From Azolla caroliniana (Eukaryota > Plantae > Polypodiophyta), in assembly GCA_043228905.1 (NCBI GenBank), contig JBHGNT010000006.1, positions 13,206,001 through 13,270,000 on the forward strand: a DNA stretch of 64,000 nt, written 5' to 3'. The stretch's first letter is position 1. Every line of letters starts with the position of its first letter. The notes beneath the pieces were generated by a model. That model ran no database searches and was not told the DNA's origin. It was given only the letters and a program-made list of their open reading frames with translations. Both the position numbers and the translations under genes were made by a program. Below, piece by piece: positions 38,109-48,084 of the stretch.

Positions 38109-41100
38109 TGTTGTAAACGGTGCTAGGCCACAACCGAGGAATAGGATCAACTCCAGAAAATAGGAAATACAAAGTACACGAAGACTATAGAGAGAAGAGT
38201 ACACAGGATATTTTGCGTGGAAAACCCTAAATGGGAAAAACCACGGGAGTCCTCAAACTCCAACTATCACTATGAACAGAGATGTACAATGGTGAAGCTT
38301 CAAGGCAACAACCTCGAGCTCACTGTCTTCGCCACAGACGGCGGTACTACACAGAGGCAACGACCTCTTCGTCTCTCTCTCTCTCTCTCTTTCTCTCTCG
38401 CGGCTGCTCTCGCTTCGCATGAAAAATGAGCAACAACACAACTGTTTGCCCTAAGTCATATTTATACACATATGACTTTTGGGCTATTTACAAATATAGC
38501 CTCAAGGGCTCTTGGCAAACGTATTCACAAATATGTCCCCGCATCCGGATCTCTCTCCGGGTACATTCGTCATCCGGCTCCGTAACCGGGGTCTTCATCA
38601 TCCGGATCCGTATCCGGGTACTCTTCATCCGGCTCCGTAACCGCAACCGGGCTTGCCGTCATTCATCTCCGGACATCCCATCCGGAGGGACCGAAATCCC
38701 AACAAACTCCCCCTTCACTTCGGAATGGGATGTCTCTCCAATCCGACTCTCTTCCGGCACGCTCCCAGCTTGTCGGGTGTGAGTACTTTGGTCAGCATAT
38801 CTGACCCGTTCTCTTCCGTGTGGATCTTCGTCAGCACGAACTCCTGGTCTTCTATCCTTTCTCGGATCCAGTGATATCTTCGCTGGATGTGCTTCGTCCG
38901 GGAGTGATAGGCCGCGTTCTTCGCAAGGTGGATGGCACTCTGACTGTCACAGTAGAGTCGGTACTCCTCTTGCCGGATACCGAGCTCTCTAATGAAGTCC
39001 TTCATCCATATTATTTCCTTGCCGGCTTCAACAGCTGCCATGTACTCCGCCTCCGTGGTTGACAACGCAACCGTCTTCTGCAGCCTTGACTGCCACGAAA
39101 CAGCTCCCCCTGCATACGTCATCACATACCCTGATGTGGACCGGCTGGTATCTGCATCAGCCGACATATCTGAATCAGTAAAACCGTCGAGTTCGGGCTT
39201 ACCGGAGCCGAATCGGAGGCACAAGTTTGCCGTGCCCTTCAGGTATCGAAGTATCCACTTGACCGCGTTCCAGTGCTCTTTGCCGGGATTGCTCATGTAC
39301 CGGCTCACCACTCCGACTGCATATCCTATGTCCGGTCTCGTACACACCATGGCGTACATCAAGCTCCCGACGGCTGAGGCATACGACACTTTCATCATAT
39401 CCTCCTTTTCAGCCTTTGTCTTGGGACTTTGCTTGCTGGACAGCTTGCAGTTTGCCGGGAGGGTCGACCCGACCGGTCTTGCTTCCGACATGTTGAACCG
39501 GTGAAGCACCTTCGTCACGTACTTCTCCTGTGACAGCCACAACTGCTTCTTCTTCCGGTCCCGGATGATGTGCATCCCTAGTATTTGCCTCGCCGGACCC
39601 AGGTCCTTCATTGAGAAGGTTCGGTGAAGAGCCTTCTTCAGCATCCGTATCTTGACCTGGTCCCGTCCGACGATCAACATGTCGTCCACGTACAGGAGGA
39701 GTATTAGCAAGTCTCCTCCTTCGAACTTCTTCACAAACACGCAGTGGTCGGACTGCGTTTTGAGGTACCCTTCATCGGTCATGAAGGAGTCGAACTTCCG
39801 GTACCATTGCCGGGGAGCCTGCTTCAGTCCGTAAAGGCTCTTCTTCAATCGGCATACCAGGTGCTCCTTCCCTTTCTTCTCGAATCCTTCCGGTTGCTGC
39901 ATGTAGATCTCTTCATCGAGGTCACCGTGAAGGAATGCCGTCTTCACGTCCATCTGTTCTACCTCGAGGTCCATGCTTGCCGCTATGCTCAGCACCGTCC
40001 GGATGGAGGTCATCTTCACTACCGGGGCAAATATCTCGTCGAAGTCGACGCCCTTCTTCTGCTGGAACCCCTTCACCACGATCCTGGCTTTGTATCTCGT
40101 GGGGTTTCCGGCATCTCCCGGTTTCAGCTTGAACACCCACTTGTTTCGAAGTGCCCGCTTACCTTTCGGCAACTCCACAAGTTCATATGTGTGGTTCTCA
40201 TGCAGGGAATCCATCTCCTCCTGCATGGCACTTAACCACCTGCGGCTATGGTTGTCAAGCTTTGCTTCTTCAAAACTTTCCGGCTCCCCCTCGTCGGTTA
40301 GCAGCACGTGCTCTTGTTCCGGAAATCTCCGGGGGGCCCTTCTCTCTCTTAGAGGGTATCTCCGTTCCGGAGCTTCGGTAACCGGTTCTTCTGGTTCTTC
40401 TTCATCCGAATCCATTTCGGGATCGGGGCCGGTTCCGGTATCGTTTTCATCTTCTTCGGCCGGTTCTGTTTCTTCACCGTCTTCGGCCGGATCCTCGAGT
40501 GCTAACCGGTCCCTTGCCGGTCGGGACTGCTCCTCGTAGAGTTGATCCTCACCGGTCGACTTGGAGCTCTTCATCTTCTTCTCCGACTCCCAGTCGGCGA
40601 GTGTCTTGTCCTCCATGAAGATGATGTCTCGACTCCTGAATATCTTCTTGTCGACCGGGTCCCATACTCGGTAGCCGAACTCGTCGTCACCGTAACCGAG
40701 GAATATGCATGGCCGGGTCTTTGGATCTAGCTTTCCTCTCCGGTCCTTTGCCACATGCACGTATGCGAGACACCCGAACACCTTCAGATGCCGGTAGGAT
40801 ACTTCCTTACCGGTCCACACTCTCTGCGGCGTGTCTCCGTCCAAAGGTACTGAGGGTGATCTATTTATCACATATGTCGCCGTCGACATTGCCTCAGCCC
40901 AAAATCCCTTGGGTAATTTCGCATGCGCCAGCATACTCCGGACCCTCTCCATTATGGTCCGGTTCATCCTCTCGGCCAGCCCGTTCAGTTCCGGCGTCTT
41001 CGGCACAGTAAACTCGAGTCGGATTCCCTTCGAGCGACAGTACTCCTGGAACTGCCCCCGGTATTCCCCTCCGTTATCCGCTCGTATCGCTTTCAGCTTC

Positions 41101-43082
41101 TTGCCGGATTCTCTTTCCACTCTCGCATGGAGTTCTTTGAAGACGGACAACACTTGGTCCTTTGTCTTCATCGGTGCCGTCCACAGTCTTCGGCTATGAT
41201 CATCTATGAAAGTTACGAAGTACTGGGCTCCGCCATGTGACTTCGTTTCTACCTGACACACATCAGTGTGCACCAACTCCAATGGTGCGCTACGTCTCGT
41301 CGGTGGCCTTGAGTGGAAGGAGGTCCTGTTTTGCTTACCGGCCAGGCAATCGGTGCACTTCTCCAGGTGCACATGCTTAACTGGAATGAGGTTGTCTTCT
41401 GCAAGCCTCTTCATCCCCTTCTCACTCATGTGGCACAGTCTCTTGTGCCACAGCTCACCGGCAGTGTCGGCTGCCACGTTCAGCTCCTCCGGACATAGCC
41501 GGGAATTCATCAGGTACAGTGTGTTGACCTTCCGGGCCCGAGCCACTATCAGGCTCCCCTTGCTGAACTTCATGACACCGTTCCGGATGCTACCCGTGTA
41601 GCCTTCATCGTCTAGCCTCCCGGCCGAAATCAGGTTCAATCGAACCTCCGGAACGTGTCGGACATCCTTCAGCAGCATCTTGCATCCGGTTGATGTCATC
41701 AGCCACACGTCTCCTATGCCGGCAATCCGGCATGTACCTTCATTTCCCATCCGGACAAAGCCGTGCTCGCCGGCTGTGTAGGATGAGAAGTATCTTCTCT
41801 CCGGGGTCAGGTGGAACGATGCTCCGGAATCGACCACCCAGGTCATCTCTACACCGGCAAGGTTCAGCTCCCTCTCTTCGGTAATGAGCATTATCTCTTC
41901 TTCACTTGCCGCGAGTGCCGTCGTTCCTTTCCGGTCCTGCCCTCGCCGATCCGGACCTCTCCGGTCCGTGGCTCCCCGGTATGCACCGTTTCTCTCCGGT
42001 GATTTCTTCGAATCGGTGTCGTCGGCTCCGTTGTCTTTTCGGTAATGCCGGCAATTCTTCCGGAAATGCCCCGGCTTCCCACAGTGGAAGCATGTGGGTC
42101 TTCCTCTTGACTGCGACCGGGTCCCCGACTTCTCCCGTCTCTGCGGACTCCGGTTCCATTGTCTTCCCCGTTCCGATTCGGTGAGCAGCGCCTTCGAGTC
42201 AGAGGCCGGTTCTTTATCTCTCCGACGCGCTTCTTCGTTCAAAATACTTGTCTTTACCGTTTGTAGAGACAAGTTATCTTCGGTGCAGGAGGTGCTGAGA
42301 GTCACCACCAAGTTCTCCCAGCTGTCCGGCAATGTACACATCAGGATGATGGCTTGCATTGCATCCTCCAACGGGAACTTGATCGCCGCAAGCTGATTCA
42401 CGAATCCCATGAACGTGCTTACGTGTTCCACCATACTCTCGCCGTCCCGGTACTTGAGATTCACTATCTTCCTCATCAGGGAGGTCCGGTTCAACGCATT
42501 CTTCCTCTCATAGAGGCCCGACAGCTTCTTCCACATCTCATATGCGTTGGTGTCGTTCGCCACATGTTGTAGGACGCTTACATCGACATATTGTCGGATC
42601 GTCGCTACGGCTTTCCGGTTCAGGAGCTTCCACTCCGACTCAAGTACCCCTTTCGGTATTTCCGACCTGTCAATCGGTTCGTACAGGTCCCGAACAATCA
42701 GAAGATCCTCCATCTTGATCTTCCAGTCGGCGTAATTCTGCGCATTCAGCACCATCATCATCGGCTGCCCGCTGCCGCCGCCTTCCATTTTCTGCGTTAC
42801 CGTTGCTCTGATACCATTTTGTTGTAAACGGTGCTAGGCCACAACCGAGGAATAGGATCAACTCCAGAAAATAGGAAATACAAAGTACACGAAGACTATA
42901 GAGAGAAGAGTACACAGGATATTTTGCGTGGAAAACCCTAAATGGGAAAAACCACGGGAGTCCTCAAACTCCAACTATCACTATGAACAGAGATGTACAA
43001 TGGTGAAGCTTCAAGGCAACAACCTCGAGCTCACTGTCTTCGCCACAGACGGCGGTACTACACAGAGGCAACGACCTCTTCG

Positions 43083-43120
<38 letters not shown>

Positions 43121-43480
43121 GCGGCTGCTCTCGCTTCGCATGAAAAATGAGCAACAACACAACTGTTTGCCCTAAGTCATATTTATACACATATGACTTT
43201 TGGGCTATTTACAAATATAGCCTCAAGGGCTCTTGGCAAACGTATTCACAAATATGTCCCCGCATCCGGATCTCTCTCCGGGTACATTCGTCATCCGGCT
43301 CCGTAACCGGGGTCTTCATCATCCGGATCCGTATCCGGGTACTCTTCATCCGGCTCCGTAACCGGGGTCTTCATCATCCGGATCCGTATCCGGGTACTCT
43401 TCATCCGGCTCCGTAACCGCAACCGGGCTTGCCTTCATTCATCTCCGGACATCCCATCCGGAGGGACCGAAATCCCAACA
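38109..43480 (-). mobile_element. L2: intact, very young Ty1/copia (Tork-like) nested in C
   Basis: LTRs 38109-38704 and 42820-43480; TSD GTTTC/GTTTC; PBS iMet 42805-42816; PPT 38705-38720. Confidence 0.97.
38715..42788 (-). CDS. gag-pol: L2 intact Gag-Pol polyprotein (1357 aa)
   Basis: Uninterrupted ORF: CFHCGKPGHFRKNC, WVVDSGASFH, WHKRLCH, RADNGGEY, QMDVKTAFLHG, YVDD, FTDSD. Confidence 0.97.
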   Translation of the reverse strand: MEGGGSGQPMMMVLNAQNYADWKIKMEDLLIVRDLYEPIDRSEIPKGVLESEWKLLNRKAVATIRQYVDVSVLQHVANDTNAYEMWKKLSGLYERKNALNRTSLMRKIVNLKYRDGESMVEHVSTFMGFVNQLAAIKFPLEDAMQAIILMCTLPDSWENLVVTLSTSCTEDNLSLQTVKTSILNEEARRRDKEPASDSKALLTESERGRQWNRSPQRREKSGTRSQSRGRPTCFHCGKPGHFRKNCRHYRKDNGADDTDSKKSPERNGAYRGATDRRGPDRRGQDRKGTTALAASEEEIMLITEERELNLAGVEMTWVVDSGASFHLTPERRYFSSYTAGEHGFVRMGNEGTCRIAGIGDVWLMTSTGCKMLLKDVRHVPEVRLNLISAGRLDDEGYTGSIRNGVMKFSKGSLIVARARKVNTLYLMNSRLCPEELNVAADTAGELWHKRLCHMSEKGMKRLAEDNLIPVKHVHLEKCTDCLAGKQNRTSFHSRPPTRRSAPLELVHTDVCQVETKSHGGAQYFVTFIDDHSRRLWTAPMKTKDQVLSVFKELHARVERESGKKLKAIRADNGGEYRGQFQEYCRSKGIRLEFTVPKTPELNGLAERMNRTIMERVRSMLAHAKLPKGFWAEAMSTATYVINRSPSVPLDGDTPQRVWTGKEVSYRHLKVFGCLAYVHVAKDRRGKLDPKTRPCIFLGYGDDEFGYRVWDPVDKKIFRSRDIIFMEDKTLADWESEKKMKSSKSTGEDQLYEEQSRPARDRLALEDPAEDGEETEPAEEDENDTGTGPDPEMDSDEEEPEEPVTEAPERRYPLRERRAPRRFPEQEHVLLTDEGEPESFEEAKLDNHSRRWLSAMQEEMDSLHENHTYELVELPKGKRALRNKWVFKLKPGDAGNPTRYKARIVVKGFQQKKGVDFDEIFAPVVKMTSIRTVLSIAASMDLEVEQMDVKTAFLHGDLDEEIYMQQPEGFEKKGKEHLVCRLKKSLYGLKQAPRQWYRKFDSFMTDEGYLKTQSDHCVFVKKFEGGDLLILLLYVDDMLIVGRDQVKIRMLKKALHRTFSMKDLGPARQILGMHIIRDRKKKQLWLSQEKYVTKVLHRFNMSEARPVGSTLPANCKLSSKQSPKTKAEKEDMMKVSYASAVGSLMYAMVCTRPDIGYAVGVVSRYMSNPGKEHWNAVKWILRYLKGTANLCLRFGSGKPELDGFTDSDMSADADTSRSTSGYVMTYAGGAVSWQSRLQKTVALSTTEAEYMAAVEAGKEIIWMKDFIRELGIRQEEYRLYCDSQSAIHLAKNAAYHSRTKHIQRRYHWIRERIEDQEFVLTKIHTEENGSDMLTKVLTPDKLGACRKRVGLERHPIPK

Positions 43481-43624
43481 GTTTCTTCATTCCTCCGGTT
43501 ACGGCCGTGTACGTAGATGCCCCATCCGGCCCGATTCGTACTTGTTTTGCTCCGAGAGTTTTCTTCCTGTGTGGGGTATCAGGGCTTCTCGGACTATCAC
43601 TTCCCCACTCCGCAACAGTCCGCT

Positions 43625-45685
43625 TTAAAAATTCATTCTCACTTGGGACAAGAGTTCCCTCTTGTTCCTTTCGTGATTTGCCGGCACTGTTAGGAATTGG
43701 ACGGATTTCCCTCCGTTTTGGCTCCGAATTCGCGCAAAAGCCGCACCACTATCGAGCACCTTCGTCTCCATCCGTGAAGCCGTGATAAAGGGTTGGCCGA
43801 GGATGACAGAATGTGAAACCTCATCCTGCACAAAGAAATTTTGGTCAATTTCGACATCCCCGATCTTTACCGTCACATCCGGACAAGCCGCAAATAGGTC
43901 TTCTGTCGTTTTCGTGGCTGCCCGAATCTTCCATCCATGGTTGGTGTTTATAGGCCACTTCCCCTTTCGGTAGAACTCCTTGGACATCAAGTTGATCTCC
44001 GATCTGTGATCAATCAATGCTAGCACGGGTTCTTTGATGTTGCCGATTCGGACCGGAGTCTCCGTAGTCGCACGTGCCCAGTGTGGCCTTGTATAGTGGG
44101 AGTTCGGAATTTCGCCTTCCACTTCGGTGTCGTTCATTGAAACGGTATTTGCATTCACCCTTGGAGCATTTTCCTCTGTACTTTGTCTCTTCCTTTTCAC
44201 GAGATCCACGAGAAGATCGTGAAACTCCTTCTTCGCTATTCCGAGTAGTTCCCGCAGCGAAAAATCTACCCGGCTATCCAAGATTCTTTCCTCGAACACT
44301 CTTTTCAAGTCGGTTTGTTGTTCTATGTCCGAGGCGAGCTTGAATGCCGGAGTCGCCTTTTCTTTTCCCTTACCTCCGGAGTTCCAGCTTTCCGGTATCT
44401 TCGATGGTCCGGCCGCATCCTCCGTGCGCCGTCGTTTCTCGTCCACATACACCTCATGTAATTGACACAGGGCATATATGCTATTCTTGTCGACAGGGCA
44501 CTCCCATCCCGTAGCTTCCCGGATGCCTTCCGCGGTGTTTCGGATATCGTTGGAGTCGGTTTTCTCGGTGTTTCCTAGCACCTCCGGCCAGAAAGACGCC
44601 TTCGCTCCCGATGACTCCCCGACACATATTCCCGCGGTTGTCGCATAGTTGCTTCTTGCCGCTAACTCCTCTTCGAGCACCTTCTTCATGCCGCCTTTCC
44701 GGAAGTTCGGTCGGAGTGGCTTCCGAGAGTCCATCGAATGAATCCGGTTTCCCTCGTAGTAGATGAGATCCCGTCGTAGCGCCTCCTTATGGTCGTCGCA
44801 ATCCCTCCGATCGTGTTCGGCGCTATCGCACCATATGCACCGTCGATCCGCATATTTGGAGTTTGTGGGGCAGTCATCCGACTTCTTCACCATCGCGATC
44901 TTTAGATTCTCCATCTCCTTCAGCAGCTGCTCCACCGTAGACGCGTCGACTCCCTTCTCGGCCGTAATCTCCCGAGCCCTCGGTTGATGGTCTTCCAGTC
45001 CCGTTCTCGGTTTCGGAATCGGTTCCGAAACCCTCTTTTCTTCGTTGGCAAGCCATTGCCCCCTCTTCGTGTACCGCGCGACGATATCCCGCACGCTTTC
45101 CCATGTTTCGGTGAGGCCGCTTTCGGTGGTCGTGTCCTCAAGAAGCACTCCGAGATCTTTCCGGTCCCGGACGTCCACAGCTCGCAAAAACATGATGACT
45201 TTGTCCGGTGCAAGAATAGTTTGATCTCTCGCGGACAACCTCCCGAACCGACTTTCGAATGTCGAAAACACTTCGAGGACCTTCAGCCCCTTACCTGACG
45301 TTTCCACCCAATCCTCGAATCCCCTCCACGTTGCCTTGGAGGAGTCCTCGATGGCAAACGTGGTCTTTAACGCCTCTTCGAATGCTTCCCACGTCGGATT
45401 TTGTTGTTGCAACCCGTGGATACTCCCTTGAAGCCCGTCAGTCGCCACCCGGTTAAAGGATGTCACTTGCAGTCCTTCCGAAGCCCGGCACCGGAGCATC
45501 TCCGCCTTGTAGTCCTGCAAATATCGCGACACATCCTTACCATTAAATTGCCCGTTGCGTTGCACGAGCCGCTCTACTGATGCCGAAATCTCCGACATCG
45601 TGCGTTGTTCTTGAAGCATCCGTTCGAACATCGCCATCATATTGTTAGCTTGTTGAGCCTCCATCTCCTTGCCACCCGTCTTCAC
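43625..45685 (-). CDS. gag: C Gag-protease (686 aa from GTG; first ATG near 45664)
   Basis: CIWCDSAEHDRRDC zinc knuckle; protease ALIDHRSEINLM...ILGQPF; ends AAT TTT TAA. Confidence 0.93.
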   Translation of the reverse strand: MKTGGKEMEAQQANNMMAMFERMLQEQRTMSEISASVERLVQRNGQFNGKDVSRYLQDYKAEMLRCRASEGLQVTSFNRVATDGLQGSIHGLQQQNPTWEAFEEALKTTFAIEDSSKATWRGFEDWVETSGKGLKVLEVFSTFESRFGRLSARDQTILAPDKVIMFLRAVDVRDRKDLGVLLEDTTTESGLTETWESVRDIVARYTKRGQWLANEEKRVSEPIPKPRTGLEDHQPRAREITAEKGVDASTVEQLLKEMENLKIAMVKKSDDCPTNSKYADRRCIWCDSAEHDRRDCDDHKEALRRDLIYYEGNRIHSMDSRKPLRPNFRKGGMKKVLEEELAARSNYATTAGICVGESSGAKASFWPEVLGNTEKTDSNDIRNTAEGIREATGWECPVDKNSIYALCQLHEVYVDEKRRRTEDAAGPSKIPESWNSGGKGKEKATPAFKLASDIEQQTDLKRVFEERILDSRVDFSLRELLGIAKKEFHDLLVDLVKRKRQSTEENAPRVNANTVSMNDTEVEGEIPNSHYTRPHWARATTETPVRIGNIKEPVLALIDHRSEINLMSKEFYRKGKWPINTNHGWKIRAATKTTEDLFAACPDVTVKIGDVEIDQNFFVQDEVSHSVILGQPFITASRMETKVLDSGAAFARIRSQNGGKSVQFLTVPANHERNKRELLSQVRMNF

Positions 45686-45698
45686 GTCGGGTTCACCA
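45682..45698 (-). other. PBS TGGTGAACCCGACGTGA, complementary to the tRNA-Trp 3' end
   Basis: 4 nt from the LTR end; identical PBS at 55998-56014; matches the plant tRNA-Trp 3' end ..TCACGTCGGGTTCACCA as I recall it. Confidence 0.85.
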
Positions 45699-46514
45699 AC
45701 TGTGTCGTGCCTTTCGGCTCCGGATCGTTGCGTGAGTCGGGTGGGAACCGCCGAGGTTTTGGACTAGGAGAAAGAAGTTCGTGAGATAGAGATTAATTAT
45801 GAGTAAATAGCAAAGAGAAAGATAAGAAACTCGTGAATCACACGAGTATACTATATTAATTGGTACTTAGGGTGTTAAGAGAGAAGTAGATGTATAAATC
45901 GTGAATCCCACGAATAATTTTTGTATTGATTAATACTTAATCCAAAAAAAATCAACAACTCTTTACATATTTCTCTCCTCCTTATATAAGGAAGGAAGAG
46001 CTAAGCATGTCTTCATGCCTTTTTTTTTTTTTACAAAAAGTGTTCATGTCCACTAAATGTGTATGTGATGCTTTTTTATTTCCTAAGTATAGGGCTCATG
46101 CACGCTAGATGTGCATGAGTTATTTTTAGTGCCTCGTCTTTTTTATATATTAAAAAAATACATGATCTACCTTTTAATAAAGGTATGCATAAATAAAGGT
46201 CTTATACGTATTAAATCTATATTTAAAACACTTAAGATAAGTTAATGTAATGGTAAGGTTGGGGTTTGTCAACGTGGAGGTGCAGAGTTTGAATCACGCC
46301 CTGCGCAGTAGTGAGTATTTCCTTTTTTTTTTACATTTATGTCTCTTTATCCGGCTCTTCCTTGCCGGTATGCCGTTTTCTTCCTTGCCGGTATGCCGTT
46401 TTCCTCCTTGCCGGTATGCCGTTTTCTTCCGGTTCTCACCGAGCACTCCATTCTCTATCCGGAGGGACAAAAATATAATTTCCACATAGTGTGCAACCTA
46501 CACTATGACAACGG

Positions 46515-48084
46515 GTTGCTGAAGAAAGGGCGTAAGTTCGAGGCATGCGGAGTCGGTCCGGAGGTTGAAGGAGGCGCTTACCGCAGCGCCGACACTCCGG
46601 AAAGCAATTTACGGCAAGGAGGTCCTGATATACATGACCGTAGACACGAGCCCGACCGGGATAAGATGGCTGATCAACCAAGAGGACAAGAGTGGCGCAA
46701 GGTTCCCCATCCGATTCGGAATGAAGGTACTTAGCGAGCGACATCGAGGATATGCCCAGGTTAAACGCGAACTCTAGGGTATCGTTTCGACAGTCAAGGC
46801 CGATAAAGACTACTTGATCGGGACGGAGGTGATAATCGAGAAGGACTTCCTACCGATCCGGACGCGCGACATCAGACCTGGCGATGCTCAGGTGGATCGC
46901 GTACATTAAATCCCTAAATCCGGAGATACGGCACATCTCCGGGGAAAACATGCTTTCGAGAGCACGGTTCGACGACGAGGACAGCATGGTATCAAAGGAA
47001 TGAGGAAGTCGGCGTAGACTTCTTCGAGTCAGCTTATGTGACGACAAGGATAGGGAGCACTCCGGTGTTTAACGAGTTTGACAAAGGGGAGTACAATGGG
47101 GAGTGGCTCCAGATCGGTAGGTTCTTGAAGACAATGACGTCGGACGCAGCGTGGAAGAGAGACGAAGCTAATCGGATCCAAAAGGTGTATTGGTTCTTCC
47201 TGCAGGACGGGAACATATGGAAGCACCCGAAAAAGCGATGCGGCGTTCCACTCCGCATAGTGGCAGGAAAGGAAGAGCTGAGGGAATTGTTGATGGCGTA
47301 CCACGAGAGTCCTTGTGTCAGACATCACGGGACGTGGGCCACATTCGAGAAGTTGAAGGAGAAGTATTGGTGGTCAGGGCTATACGCGGACATGGGCCAC
47401 ATTCGAGAAGCTGAACGAGAATTATTGGTGGCCAGGGCTATACGGGGATGTGGATCAGTTCGTGATGACGTGTGAGAGTTGCCAGATGCACTCCACGATT
47501 CGATATGGAGACAACCTATAGCCGACCTACCCGCCGACCATTCATTTCAAGTGGATGGTGGACTTAGTGACGATGCCGAGGGGGGTAGGGCAGATGTGGT
47601 ACCTGGCGCTTGCACGAGAGGACCTGATGAACCAAGTGGAGGGTCGTGCGCTGCAGAACAAGATGACTGCGGCCGTCTGTCGGTTCCTGATCGAGGCACC
47701 GATATGCCAGTACGGGTACGTAGGGAAAATCGTGGTTGATCGGGGGGAGTTGGATGCGGAAGAGTTGTTCGGCCGGTTAGGGGTTAAGCTATCTCTCACT
47801 ACGGCGTATAATCCGTAAGCAAACGGAAAGGTGGGGCATGGGCACGGGCCAATTATGAAGGCGTTAGTACGAGCGTGCGAAGGACATGTCGAGAATAGGC
47901 CGCAGCTCCTACCTTACGCGCGTTATGGGCAGACTGAACTATGCACAGTTCAGTAACTGGGTTCATGCCGGCAGAGCTAATGTACGGGTAGAAGCCGATC
48001 ATGCCGATGGAGCGGACGATTTCCTCGTGGGCAGCAATGGACTGGAGAGACGAGATGAGCCGGGAAGAGCTGCTGGCAACGCGA
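46515..48084 (+). pseudogene. pol: B RNase H and integrase remnant
   Basis: VDTSPTGI, ERHRGYAQVKREL, REDLMNQVEGRAL, DRGELD, TTAYNP; colinear with C pol. Confidence 0.9.

Larger units (their letters stand above)
33852..46510 (-). mobile_element. C: tRNA-Trp-primed Ty3/gypsy, intact except for the L2 insertion
   Basis: LTRs 33852-34658 and 45703-46510 (about 1% diverged by eye); 4-bp TSD ACGG/ACGG; PBS 45682-45698; PPT GGAGGGGGCGAG 34659-34670. Confidence 0.96.

Noticed and set aside
39744-42572. Many antisense and alternate-frame ORFs over pol genes
   Set aside because: Shadow ORFs of GC-rich coding sequence with no recognisable motifs
47335-47445. About 58-bp duplication in B integrase
   Set aside because: An ordinary local tandem duplication in a dead copy
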